From Chloroflexota bacterium (GTDB taxonomy: Bacteria > Chloroflexota > Limnocylindria > Limnocylindrales > Limnocylindraceae), in NCBI GenBank assembly GCA_026389535.1, contig JAPLHR010000046.1, positions 1 through 60,706 on the forward strand: a stretch of DNA of 60,706 bases, written 5' to 3'. The position numbers and the translations under genes are program-made. Below are positions 26,421 to 36,007 of this stretch, piece by piece. Numbering within the stretch: the stretch's first letter is position 1; each line of letters begins with the position of its first letter. A model generated the notes under the pieces. The model saw nothing but the letters and a program-made list of their open reading frames with translations. It searched no databases and was not told the origin of the DNA.

Positions 26421-27860
26421 CTACGTGGCGAGGGCCTGGATAACCGCCTCGATGATCGGGGTGGGGGCGAGTCCGAGGGCCACCGTGCCAATGGCGGCGA
26501 TCAGCAGGCCGGCGCGCAGCATTGGCCCCTCGGCCACCTGAACCGCTGGCTCCGCCGGGTCCCGCATGAAGAGATAGACGATGACGCGCAGGTAGTAGAA
26601 GGCGGCGATGGCGGCGTTGAGCACCGCGATCACGGCGAGGATCGTGGCTGGCCCCCCCGCCTGCACCGCAGCCAGGATGACGTACGTCTTGGCGAAGAAG
26701 CCGGCCGTCGGCGGAATGCCGGTGAGGCTCAGCAGGAAGATTGCCGCGAGGATCGCCATGCGCGGATGCTTGCGGCCGAGCCCAGCGAGATCGGAGAGCT
26801 GCGTCGTGGCGCCAGGTCGATCCTGCAGCGCGGTCAAGAATGCAAACGCACCGAGGTTCATGAACGCGTACGCCGCCGCATAGAAGAGAACTCCAGCGAC
26901 TCCCGCCGCCTCTCCCGCACCAGCCGCGACGATGCCGACCATCAGATAGCCGGTGTGTGCGATCGATGAGTAGGCGAGCATGCGCTTCACGTTGCTCTGG
27001 GTGAGGGCCACCAGGTTGCCGAGCGTCATCGTTGCCGCGGCCAACACCACCATCACCGGGATCCAGAGTGCAGCGAGTGGCGCGAGGGCAATGACGAACA
27101 ACTTGATAAGGAGCACAAAGGCACCAACCTTCGGGCCAACCGAGAGGTATCCAGTAATCGGCGTTGGTGAGCCTTGGTATGCGTCGGGAGTCCAGTAGTG
27201 GAACGGCACCGCTGCGATCTTAAATGCCGAGCCGGTGGTAATCAACGCGAGCGCAACCGCGAGGCCAGCGCTTGCGTTGCCAGATGCCAGCGCCGTTGCG
27301 ATGCCGTTCAGCGAAGCGGTTCCCGCAGCACCCCAGAGCACCACGATACCGAAGAGCAGGATGGCGCTTGAAAAGCTTCCGAGCAGGAAGTATTTCACCG
27401 CACCTTCGGTACTCAGTGGATCGCGCTTTGCGTATCCAGCAAGAACGTAACCTGGGATAACCATTAGCTCAAGGCCAACGAAGAGGGTGACGAGATCGGT
27501 TGCAGCTCCGAGAATAATCGCACCAGCGAGGGCAAAGAGGAGTATTGCTGCGAGTTCGGCGGTTGGATAGTTGCGCGCCGCGAGGTACGCCGGCGCAATC
27601 AGGAGCGTGATCGCCACAATTGAGATTCCAAGGAGGCCAAGGTAGGCGACGAATGGCCCCGCAACATAGCTGCCACCTAGCGCACTGGCACTGCTTCCGC
27701 CCTGGCTGATGAGCAGTGCGGCCGTTGCTCCGAGTGCGGCAAGCGCGACGGCGACCGGCGCGTGATTGCGATTCGGCGTGACCATGTCGCTGATCAATAC
27801 GGCGATTGCGCCGACGATCACCGTGATCAGCGGCGCAAGAGTGAGCAGTTCGTTGCTCAT
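26421..27860 (-). CDS. nuoN: NADH-quinone oxidoreductase subunit N
   Basis: 479-aa antiporter-like subunit, last gene of the nuo operon. 4-nt overlap with nuoM. Confidence 0.9.
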   Translation of the reverse strand: MSNELLTLAPLITVIVGAIAVLISDMVTPNRNHAPVAVALAALGATAALLISQGGSSASALGGSYVAGPFVAYLGLLGISIVAITLLIAPAYLAARNYPTAELAAILLFALAGAIILGAATDLVTLFVGLELMVIPGYVLAGYAKRDPLSTEGAVKYFLLGSFSSAILLFGIVVLWGAAGTASLNGIATALASGNASAGLAVALALITTGSAFKIAAVPFHYWTPDAYQGSPTPITGYLSVGPKVGAFVLLIKLFVIALAPLAALWIPVMVVLAAATMTLGNLVALTQSNVKRMLAYSSIAHTGYLMVGIVAAGAGEAAGVAGVLFYAAAYAFMNLGAFAFLTALQDRPGATTQLSDLAGLGRKHPRMAILAAIFLLSLTGIPPTAGFFAKTYVILAAVQAGGPATILAVIAVLNAAIAAFYYLRVIVYLFMRDPAEPAVQVAEGPMLRAGLLIAAIGTVALGLAPTPIIEAVIQALAT

Positions 27861-29368
27861 TGACCCACCGTACTAATCGCCGACATCAAGAAGGTTTCAA
27901 CGCTCTTGGCAAATGAGCTGGTGAGCAGTGTTGGCATCACACCGAAGATCACGATCAGCGTTGCGAGTGGTGCGAGTGTCAGGATCTCGGTTGGGGTGAC
28001 ATCGGTCAGCTTTGCGCCAAGCCCCTTTAAGAACGGTGAGAGCGGCCCAGTAAAGACGCGCTGGTACATGTAGAGCAGATAGACGGCGGCAAGGATCATG
28101 ACGAGGGTTGATGCGCCGGCAACCATCGGGTTGGCGATGAATGCACCGAGGAGCACCAGGAACTCACCCGCGAATCCCGAGAGACCAGGGAGGCCAACGG
28201 AGGCGAAGAGGAAGAAGCCGAAGAGCGCGGCGTACACGGGAGTACGCACCGCCCAGCCGCCCATCTTGGCGATCTCGCGATCGTGCGTGCGCTCGTAGCC
28301 GATACCAACGAGCAGGAAGAGTCCGCTGGTGATGAGGCCGTGGTTGAGCATCTGCAAGATTGCGCCGTCGACACCCTGCTGATTGAAGGTAAAGATGCCG
28401 AGTGTCACGAAGCCCATGTGGCTGACAGAGCTGTACGCGATCAGTTTCTTCAGGTCGGTCTGCACGATCGCCACGAGCGCGCCGTAGATGATGGCGATCA
28501 CAGAGAGGGCGATCATGAGCGGCGCAAAGAGGTGCGCGCCGTCGGGAAAGAGCGGGATCGCGAAGCGAATAAAGCCGTAGCCGCCGAGCTTCAGCAGCAC
28601 GCCGGCGAGGATGACGGAGCCCGCCGTGGGGGCCTGTACGTGCGCGTCAGGGAGCCAGGTGTGGAAGGGGAACATCGGCACCTTAATGGCGAAGGCGAGC
28701 GCGAACGCTGCGAACCCGAGGATCTGCAGCGTTGGGTCCGTAATCGTGCCCCGCAGCGCCAGCAGGTCGAATGCCCCGGTCCACGAGCCGGTGGCGGCCT
28801 GGTGGCTAAAGGCGGTTGCCAGGATCGCCACAAGCATGAGCAGTGATCCGACGAGCGTGTAGAGCACGAACTTGATCGTGGCGTAGATGCGGTCGGCGCC
28901 GCCCCAGATGCCGATGATCAGGTACATCGGCACGAGCACGATCTCCCAGAAGATGTAGAAGAGGAAGAGGTCGAGTGACAGGAAGACGCCGAGCATTCCA
29001 GTCTCGAGGATGAGGAAGCTGATGAAGTACTCCTTCACGCGTGTCTGAATCGGACCGAAGCTCGCAAGGATGCAGATCCAGCTGAGCAGCGTTGTCAAGA
29101 CGACGAGTGCGCTAGAGAGCCCATCAACGCCGAGGTGGTAGGTGATGCCGAACGATGGAATCCACGAGAGCTGCTCGCTAAAGGCGAACTCGCCGCTCTG
29201 CCCGCGAATGCCCAGCAACATACCGAGGCTTAGCGCGAAGGTGATCAGTGAGATGCCGAGTGCGGCGAAGCGGACCAGGCTCGGTCGCGACGATGGAAGG
29301 AACGCGATGCCGAGCGCCCCGAGGAGTGGCGCGAAGATGATCAGTGACAGGATCGGCATGTCGCTCAT
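27857..29368 (-). CDS. nuoM: NADH-quinone oxidoreductase subunit M
   Basis: 503-aa antiporter-like subunit (WLPDAHVQAPTAGSVILAGVLLKLGGYG). Confidence 0.9.
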   Translation of the reverse strand: MSDMPILSLIIFAPLLGALGIAFLPSSRPSLVRFAALGISLITFALSLGMLLGIRGQSGEFAFSEQLSWIPSFGITYHLGVDGLSSALVVLTTLLSWICILASFGPIQTRVKEYFISFLILETGMLGVFLSLDLFLFYIFWEIVLVPMYLIIGIWGGADRIYATIKFVLYTLVGSLLMLVAILATAFSHQAATGSWTGAFDLLALRGTITDPTLQILGFAAFALAFAIKVPMFPFHTWLPDAHVQAPTAGSVILAGVLLKLGGYGFIRFAIPLFPDGAHLFAPLMIALSVIAIIYGALVAIVQTDLKKLIAYSSVSHMGFVTLGIFTFNQQGVDGAILQMLNHGLITSGLFLLVGIGYERTHDREIAKMGGWAVRTPVYAALFGFFLFASVGLPGLSGFAGEFLVLLGAFIANPMVAGASTLVMILAAVYLLYMYQRVFTGPLSPFLKGLGAKLTDVTPTEILTLAPLATLIVIFGVMPTLLTSSFAKSVETFLMSAISTVGQ

Positions 29369-31314
29369 CCTGCGAGCACCAGGTAGGCGGCGGCAATGGC
29401 AACAAGGCCAAAGGCGATGCTGAGTGCGTAGTTCTGCACGCGGCCGGTTTGAATCTGCCGCAGCCCGCGGCCACCACTCGAGGTGAGGGTTGCAACGCCG
29501 TTCACGGTGCCGTCAACGACGCGGCGATCAAACCACCAGAGTGCGTTGGCAACTTTCCGCCCGAAGCGCACAAAGACGAGGTCATTAAGGTCGTCAAAGT
29601 ACCAGCGGTTGCGGCTGCCGTCGTAGAGCGGCTGCAGCCGCTTCGTTACGCCACTGAGGAACTCGTTGTTATCGCTGCGGAAGAGTCGTACGCCAACGAC
29701 GGTGCCAATTGATGCAACAGTGACGCTTGCGAGCATGAGGAGGCCATCAATACCGAAGAGTGTCCACGCCTCATATTCGTGACCGAGCATCTCGCTTGCC
29801 GGGTGGAAGATCGGCTCAAGTGCGTGCACAAGAACGCCGTCAGCGAATGGGAATCCAAGTGCTGCGCCGATTGCAATTGACGGCACGGCGAGAATGATCA
29901 GCGGCAGCGTCATCGTCCACGGTGATTCGTGCACATGTGACTCGTCGTGCACGCGGCTCTTCCCCCAGAAGGTGAGCCCCATCAGTCGGAACATGTAGAA
30001 GGCGGTCATTGCAGCGACGACCATGCCAACAAGCCAGACCCAGGCGTAGCCAAATTTAAATGCTTCGCCAAGGATTTCGTCTTTTGAGAAGAAGCCGGCG
30101 AGTGGTGGGAGGCCAGCAATTGCAACGGTACCGATCAACATTGTGGCGTACGTAATAGGGATCTTGCGCCAGAGTCCGCCCATCTTCGTCATCTCTTGCT
30201 CACCGTTCACCGCGTGGATCACCGAGCCTGAGCCGAGGAAGAGGAGCCCCTTGAAGAATCCGTGGGTGATGAGATGGAAGATCGCTGGAATCCATGCGCC
30301 AACACCGAGCGCGGCAAACATGTAGCCGAGCTGTGAGAGGGTCGAGAAGGCGAGCACGCGCTTGATATCGGTCTGCGTGAGCGCAATGGAGGCGGCGAAG
30401 ATCGCGGTGAAGATGCCGATGGCGGCAACGATGAGCATTGCGTCGTGGCTCGCGGCGAAGAGCGGGCTCATGCGTGCCACGAGATAGACGCCTGCGTTCA
30501 CCATGGTTGCCGCGTGGATGAGTGCACTAACGGGGGTTGGCCCCTCCATGGCGTCGGGGAGCCAGACGTGCAGTGGGAACTGCGCCGACTTACCAACGGC
30601 GCCGCAGAAGATCAGCAGGGCGATCACGGTGGCGGCGGGGCCAACGAGCGCGCCCGCCTCAACGCCGGCGAGCACCGTGTGGATGTCGAGCGAACCGAAG
30701 ACCACTACGAGGGCCATCAGGCCGAGGGCGAAGCCGACGTCGCCGACGCGGTTCGTGATGAACGCCTTCTTGGCGGCCAGGCCTGGGGCGGTCTTGGTGT
30801 ACCAGAAGCCGATCAGCAGATACGAGGAGAGCCCGACGAGCTCCCAGGCGGCAAAGACGACGAGGAGGTTGTCGGCGAGGACGAGCAGGAGCATCGAGAA
30901 CGTGAAGAGGTTCAGGTAGGCGAAGAAGCGCCAATAGCTGTCGTCGTGGCTCATGTAGCCAACGCTGTAGAGGTGCACCAAGGCGCCAACCGTGGTCACC
31001 ACCAAGAGGAGGGCGCCGGTGAGGGCGTCAACGTGCAGGCCGAGCCCGAAGCTGAGATCGCCCGAAGCGATCCAGGTGAAGAGCGGCATTGAGGCGCCCG
31101 CCTCGCCGAGGCCCCCAGTAAGGGCTGGGATCGCCAGGCTCATGGCCAGCGCCCAGGTGGCCACGATGGCGCCGAGCGGTACCAGGTGGGCCATCTTGCC
31201 GAGTCGTCGCCCGACGGCCGCCGTAAAGGCGAAACCTATGAGGGGGAGGAGAAGGACGAGCGGCGCGTAGCCCGGAAGGGTGCCCACTTCGACCGCGGTC
31301 TCTGCGGTGATCAT
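29365..31314 (-). CDS. nuoL: NADH-quinone oxidoreductase subunit L
   Basis: 649 aa (VWLPDAMEGPTPVSALIHAATMV) with a C-terminal lateral-helix extension. Confidence 0.9.
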   Translation of the reverse strand: MITAETAVEVGTLPGYAPLVLLLPLIGFAFTAAVGRRLGKMAHLVPLGAIVATWALAMSLAIPALTGGLGEAGASMPLFTWIASGDLSFGLGLHVDALTGALLLVVTTVGALVHLYSVGYMSHDDSYWRFFAYLNLFTFSMLLLVLADNLLVVFAAWELVGLSSYLLIGFWYTKTAPGLAAKKAFITNRVGDVGFALGLMALVVVFGSLDIHTVLAGVEAGALVGPAATVIALLIFCGAVGKSAQFPLHVWLPDAMEGPTPVSALIHAATMVNAGVYLVARMSPLFAASHDAMLIVAAIGIFTAIFAASIALTQTDIKRVLAFSTLSQLGYMFAALGVGAWIPAIFHLITHGFFKGLLFLGSGSVIHAVNGEQEMTKMGGLWRKIPITYATMLIGTVAIAGLPPLAGFFSKDEILGEAFKFGYAWVWLVGMVVAAMTAFYMFRLMGLTFWGKSRVHDESHVHESPWTMTLPLIILAVPSIAIGAALGFPFADGVLVHALEPIFHPASEMLGHEYEAWTLFGIDGLLMLASVTVASIGTVVGVRLFRSDNNEFLSGVTKRLQPLYDGSRNRWYFDDLNDLVFVRFGRKVANALWWFDRRVVDGTVNGVATLTSSGGRGLRQIQTGRVQNYALSIAFGLVAIAAAYLVLAG

Positions 31315-31317
31315 CGG

Positions 31318-31638
31318 CTACTGCCTCATCGTGTCGTACTCGTCGACGAGCGGCGTCTTCCGGTTGCGGAAGATGGCGATCACGATCGCCAAGCCAACGG
31401 TGGCCTCTGCCGCCGCCACGGCGATGATCAAGAGGGCAAAGGCTGCCCCCTGCCCCGCAAGCGACGGGATGAATGCACCGAGCGCGAGTGCGGCGAGGTT
31501 CACGGCGTTCAGCATCAGCTCAATGCTCATCAACATGCTGATCGCATTGCGTCGTGCGAGGAAGCCGAATGACCCGATGGCGAAGAGCATCCCCGCAAGG
31601 ACGAGGTACGGCTCCAGGTGCCCAGCAATTTGGCTCAC
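31318..31638 (-). CDS. nuoK: NADH-quinone oxidoreductase subunit K
   Basis: 106 aa, three TM segments, with the conserved ELMLNAVNL and AAAEATVGLAIV. Confidence 0.9.
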   Translation of the reverse strand: MSQIAGHLEPYLVLAGMLFAIGSFGFLARRNAISMLMSIELMLNAVNLAALALGAFIPSLAGQGAAFALLIIAVAAAEATVGLAIVIAIFRNRKTPLVDEYDTMRQ

Positions 31639-32195
31639 AGAAGCTCCTCGCCCACTTCGTCGCCCTTCGGCTCCATCGCGAGGTAGAGGCCCCCGATCAC
31701 CGCGGCAAGGATCAACACGCTGGCGATCTCAAAGGCGAGGAGGTACGGCCCAAAGAGTGCGGCGGCGACGGGCGCGGTGCCGGTTGCGGCCGGAGTGTCG
31801 GTAAAGACGGTTGATCCCCAGTCCGTGCTGCCGAAGGCGAGGCCGAAGAGCAGAGCAAGGAGCACCGCTGCGAGCGCGGCGGGGGCTACCTGTGTTTGGA
31901 ACGCCAGCTTCAGTGGCGCAACCTTTGACTGCGTGAGCATGATCGCAAAGAGGATCAGCACGCTGATCGCGCCGATGTAGACGAGCACCTGCGCGCCGGC
32001 AACGATAGCGGCGCCCAACATCACGTAGATGCCAGCGAGTGCGCCAAGGGTGAGGATCAGGAAGAGGCCGCTCTTAATGATGTCGCGGCCGAAGACCACA
32101 CCGAATGCTGCGGCGAGCACCACGCCGCCAAGAAGCAAGAAGAGAACGTCCGACCACCCGAGTCCGATAAACGGGATGACGTCGGGGAGCGGCAT
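31635..32195 (-). CDS. nuoJ: NADH-quinone oxidoreductase subunit J
   Basis: 186 aa (AQVLVYIGAISVLILFAIML). Confidence 0.9.
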   Translation of the reverse strand: MPLPDVIPFIGLGWSDVLFLLLGGVVLAAAFGVVFGRDIIKSGLFLILTLGALAGIYVMLGAAIVAGAQVLVYIGAISVLILFAIMLTQSKVAPLKLAFQTQVAPAALAAVLLALLFGLAFGSTDWGSTVFTDTPAATGTAPVAAALFGPYLLAFEIASVLILAAVIGGLYLAMEPKGDEVGEELL

Positions 32196-32198
32196 CGG

Positions 32199-34745
32199 TT
32201 ACTTGCGCAGGCTTTGTGGCAACACAGGAAGCTGTCGCGCTGGGTCGTAGCGTCGCCCAGCAACGGTGTTCTCCCAGTTAGCTTCGCCGCGAATGAAGGT
32301 GGCCTCCGACGTGCGCTCGAGCTTCGAGAGGGCGATGAGGTCAATCATCGGCTCGCTGCGATCGGTGTGTGCGAGCTCAAAATCAAATCCGCTGCGAAGC
32401 GCATCGTATGGGCAGGCGTCAACACAGATGCCGCAGAGGATGCAGCGCGACTCGTCAACTTCAAACTTGGCAAGGATTCGTGGCTTCGGCATCAGCGCGC
32501 CAGTTGGGCAGGTCTCTGCACAGCGGCCACACGAGACGCACGGTGACTCATTCAAGCTCATGTCGAGCGGTGTAGTAACGAGCGTGTCAAAGCCGGTGCG
32601 CATGAAGTCGTAGCAGGCGGCACCCACGACTTCGGCGCAGACGCTGGCGCAGCGTCCGCAGTCGATGCAGCGTGATGGCTCACGCAGAATGAATGCGTGT
32701 GAGTCGTCGCGGATGTAGTCGTGGTTTGCGCCTGTCCAGCGGTTTTCGGTAATGGAGCGGAACCCGGCACCACCGTGATGCTCTTTCTCGAGCGTCTTAA
32801 GTGTTGTGCCGTATTCGATACCGAGGCGTCGTAGATCACAGAAGCCGATCGCCTCGCAGGTGCACTGCAGGCAGCGCGTGCTCTCCGCCATCACCTCGGG
32901 CTTGGTATACGGAAGCTCGTACTCGATGTAGTCATTCTTGCGATCTTCAGCTGGGAGTGCCTTCATGCGCAGGCGTGGCTCCTTCACCTCGGCGGTGAAC
33001 GGCACGATGCTCAAGAACTCTGGCTGTGGCTCTGCGAGTGTCTGCCGGTTGCGAATCTCCGAGAGGTCGAGCCCTTGCAGGTATGCATCAACCGCGTAGG
33101 CGCAGCGTCGACCATCGGCGATCGAGGCGACGACGGTTGTTGCGCCGTTGCGCAGGTCGCCGCAACCGAACACGCCGTCGCGGCCAGACTGGAAGGTGAC
33201 AGCGTCCGCCTTCATTCGTCCGTTCTTGGTGGTGGCGACTCCGTCGGCGCCAACGCTCGCCCAGGTCATGTCGGGGCCCTGGCCGATCGCCTTCAGGATG
33301 CGATCGCACTCGATAATGAACTCCGTGCCAGGAGCTGGCTCCGGTCGTCGGCGGCCTGATGCGTCGGGGGCGCCGAGCTGCATGCGGATGAATTCGAGGC
33401 CGATCACCTTGTTGTTCGCATCGGTGACGACGCGGGTTGGACCTGCCTGGAAGATGGCGCGTGCCCCCTCCTCGATCATCTCGTGGACCTCGTCGGCGGC
33501 CGGCATGTCCTTCATGTCGCGGCGGTAGACGAGGGTGACCTCCTTGGCCCCCTGACGAATGCTTGTACGCGAGCAGTCCATCGAGGTGTAGCCGCCGCCG
33601 ACCACAACCACACGCGTCCCCTCGTGCCCTGGGTAGGTGAGGCCGAGAGCAGCGGTGTGTAGGTAGTCGAGGCCGTCGATGACGCCGTCGGCGTCTTCGC
33701 CTGGAATGCCGAGGTCGTTCGTGTCGTAGCAACCGATGGCAACGACGACGCCGTCGTAGCCCTGCGCCTTCAGGTCGGCGACGGTGAAGTCGCGACCGAG
33801 CATCTTGCCGCACTCAAAGCGTCCACCGAGTCGCGTGATCGACTGGTACTCACCATCGAGCACCTCGATCTTCGGCAGGCGGTACTGCGGAATGCCGTAG
33901 CGCAACATGCCGCCTGGCTCAGGGTCTTTCTCGAAGACGGTGACGTCGTGTCCGGCAACGAGCAGGTAGTACGCGGCCGATGCGCCGGCTGGACCCGAAC
34001 CAATGACGGCGACGCGCTTACCAGTCTTCGGCTGCAGCTCAAACGGCACTGGCGGGTCGAGATCTTCGTCCCACATTGCCTTCAACACCTGATCGCCGGC
34101 GTAGCGGTGGCTGTCACGAATTGCGATCGCCTCGTCAACCTCGTCGCGACGGCAGTGATCCTCGCATGGCGCCGGGCAGACGCGCCCGAGGATGCTTGGG
34201 AATGGAATGGTGCGCTTGAAGATGCGTGCCGACTCGCGGAACTGCGACTCTGCGTTCGCCTTCAAGAATCCAGGGATGTCAATGTGGCTCGGGCACTTGT
34301 TCTGGCAGGGTGGCAAGCAGTAGGCGTTGTGGTCGCTAAAGATCAGCTCAAGGTTGGTGCGGCGAATCTCGCGAATGCGATCGGTCTGCGTTGCTACGAC
34401 CTGTGCCGGCTCCGCCTTCGCTGAACAGCTAATAGATGGCTGATCGCACCCTTCGACATCCACCACGCACATGCGGCAGGCGCCGAATCCTGGAAGCTTC
34501 GGGTCATAGCAGAGCGTTGGCACTTCGATGCCGTTCGCGCGGCACACTTCAAGAATGGTCTGCCCCTCAAATGCTTCGAGTTTCTGCCCGTCAATCTCAA
34601 CGTAGAAGGTCGGCGTGCGCTGTGGGCGCTGTGGGCTGCGCGTGGTGAGCAGCTTGTCGACGGCGACCTCTGCCGATGGTGCTGCGGTGATCGCGCGCGA
34701 GACTGGTGTCACTGCGCTTGCCGGTCGATCAATCAGGTCGGCCAT
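32199..34745 (-). CDS. Chimeric Fe-S flavoprotein: NuoG-type [2Fe-2S] domain + GltD-like NAD(P)H/FAD oxidoreductase + [4Fe-4S] domains + NuoI C-terminal-half-like tail
   Basis: aa 46-135: FYVEIDGQ...LCYDPKLPGFGACRMC...SC. aa ~135-560: GltD pattern (CPSHIDIPGF, GRVCPAPCEDHC, VAVIGSGPAGASAA, VVVVGGGYTSMD, GVFGCGD). aa 620-755: CLQCTCEAIGFC, RCIDCGRCASVC, CVSCGRCAETCPTGAL. aa 756-848: KFEVDESRCILCGICVDACPYDAL..DFELA. Confidence 0.85.
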   Translation of the reverse strand: MADLIDRPASAVTPVSRAITAAPSAEVAVDKLLTTRSPQRPQRTPTFYVEIDGQKLEAFEGQTILEVCRANGIEVPTLCYDPKLPGFGACRMCVVDVEGCDQPSISCSAKAEPAQVVATQTDRIREIRRTNLELIFSDHNAYCLPPCQNKCPSHIDIPGFLKANAESQFRESARIFKRTIPFPSILGRVCPAPCEDHCRRDEVDEAIAIRDSHRYAGDQVLKAMWDEDLDPPVPFELQPKTGKRVAVIGSGPAGASAAYYLLVAGHDVTVFEKDPEPGGMLRYGIPQYRLPKIEVLDGEYQSITRLGGRFECGKMLGRDFTVADLKAQGYDGVVVAIGCYDTNDLGIPGEDADGVIDGLDYLHTAALGLTYPGHEGTRVVVVGGGYTSMDCSRTSIRQGAKEVTLVYRRDMKDMPAADEVHEMIEEGARAIFQAGPTRVVTDANNKVIGLEFIRMQLGAPDASGRRRPEPAPGTEFIIECDRILKAIGQGPDMTWASVGADGVATTKNGRMKADAVTFQSGRDGVFGCGDLRNGATTVVASIADGRRCAYAVDAYLQGLDLSEIRNRQTLAEPQPEFLSIVPFTAEVKEPRLRMKALPAEDRKNDYIEYELPYTKPEVMAESTRCLQCTCEAIGFCDLRRLGIEYGTTLKTLEKEHHGGAGFRSITENRWTGANHDYIRDDSHAFILREPSRCIDCGRCASVCAEVVGAACYDFMRTGFDTLVTTPLDMSLNESPCVSCGRCAETCPTGALMPKPRILAKFEVDESRCILCGICVDACPYDALRSGFDFELAHTDRSEPMIDLIALSKLERTSEATFIRGEANWENTVAGRRYDPARQLPVLPQSLRK

Positions 34746-34747
34746 GA

Positions 34748-36007
34748 TCAGCTCCGTCCGCTTGCTGGTGTTGCCGACGTCGCGGCAACGGCAGGTCCAA
34801 ACTCAGAGGCAAAGTATCGCACTCCTGTCAGGAGAGGGCTCGGCGCCAGCGCCTCATGTGCGCAGAGGGCGCTGTCAGTAACATCGGCGGCGAGCTTCTG
34901 CAGGCGCTCTGCATCTGCAGGGCCAGCGAGCCCATCAACAAATCGCTGGCCGATCTCGGCGAGTCGGCGTGTGCCGATGCGGCATGGAATCGTCTTGCCG
35001 CACGCCTCGTCGGCGCACCAGCGTGTGAGCATGGTGGCGAGCTCTGGGATCGCGACAGAGTCGTCGAGTGCCAGGAGTGCGCCCGAGCCGATGTGTGCGC
35101 CAACGCCCTTGAGCCCTGCGCCGCTATATGGGGTGCCGCCGAAGAGGTTTGCGGGAATGAATCCGCCAGTCGGCCCGCCAGCGAGCAGCGCCTTGATCGA
35201 CGCGCCGCTTGCGGTGCCGCCCGCCGCCGCAATGATCTCGTTGAGCGGCGTACCGGTCGGCACCTCGAGCACGCCAGGGTTCGTGACCGATCCGCTGATC
35301 TGCACGAGCACCGTCCCCGGCTGTGTCGTGTCACCAATCTGGGCAAAGGCTTCTGCGCCGTTGTTCAGGATCCATGGCACCGCGGCGAGTGTGGCGACGT
35401 TGTTCACGGCGGTTGGCTTGCCGAGATACCCGACCTCAGATGGATATGGCGGGGTCTGCTCTGGCTGGCCGCGCTTGCCGGCGAGCGCCTTCATCAACAC
35501 GGTCTCTTCGCCGATCATGCTGGAACCCTGTAGCGGGCGCACGGTGATGATCAGCTCGCGACCGGTGCCGAGAAGTGTTGACCCGAGGATTCCCTCACGT
35601 TCGGCGTTGGCAATCACCGCTTCGAGTCGCTTGATCGCCTCGGTGTATTCGGCGCGCACGGCGATGAACGCCTCGCTGGCACCCACGGTAAGGGCGGCGA
35701 TGGCGAGCCCCTCAACGATCCCCTGCGGGTTCTCCTCCACAAGGAGGCGGTTGGTGAAGACGGCCGGGTCGGATTCGTAGCCGTTCGCTACGGCGTAGTG
35801 CTGGCTGGCTGGCTCGGCGGCGGTCGCCTGCCACTTCGCTCCCGTAAGGAAGCCGCCACCCCCGCGACCACGCAGGCCGGCGGCGATCAGGGTCGCGGTC
35901 GTGCCAGCGGCCCCGGCGGCTGCGGCGGCGCGGAGTGCCGCCCACGGCTCGGTCGGCGCCACGAAGAGCAGCTGACTCCAACCCTTGGGGGCGTTCAGGC
36001 GCTTCAT
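34748..36007 (-). CDS. NuoF-like NADH/FMN-binding subunit, divergent
   Basis: GLRGRGGGGFLTGAKW, IGEETVLMKALAG, PPYPSEVGYLGKPTAVNNVAT, EACGKTIPCRIG (canonical ESCGKCTPCREG). ATGA overlap with the upstream gene. Confidence 0.85.
   Translation of the reverse strand: MKRLNAPKGWSQLLFVAPTEPWAALRAAAAAGAAGTTATLIAAGLRGRGGGGFLTGAKWQATAAEPASQHYAVANGYESDPAVFTNRLLVEENPQGIVEGLAIAALTVGASEAFIAVRAEYTEAIKRLEAVIANAEREGILGSTLLGTGRELIITVRPLQGSSMIGEETVLMKALAGKRGQPEQTPPYPSEVGYLGKPTAVNNVATLAAVPWILNNGAEAFAQIGDTTQPGTVLVQISGSVTNPGVLEVPTGTPLNEIIAAAGGTASGASIKALLAGGPTGGFIPANLFGGTPYSGAGLKGVGAHIGSGALLALDDSVAIPELATMLTRWCADEACGKTIPCRIGTRRLAEIGQRFVDGLAGPADAERLQKLAADVTDSALCAHEALAPSPLLTGVRYFASEFGPAVAATSATPASGRS

Noticed and set aside
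33088-33813. Minus-strand 241-aa Arg-rich ORF in an alternative frame of the 848-aa gene
   Set aside because: Same-strand overlapping frame with extreme Arg/Pro/His composition. It is a frame artefact of GC-rich coding DNA.
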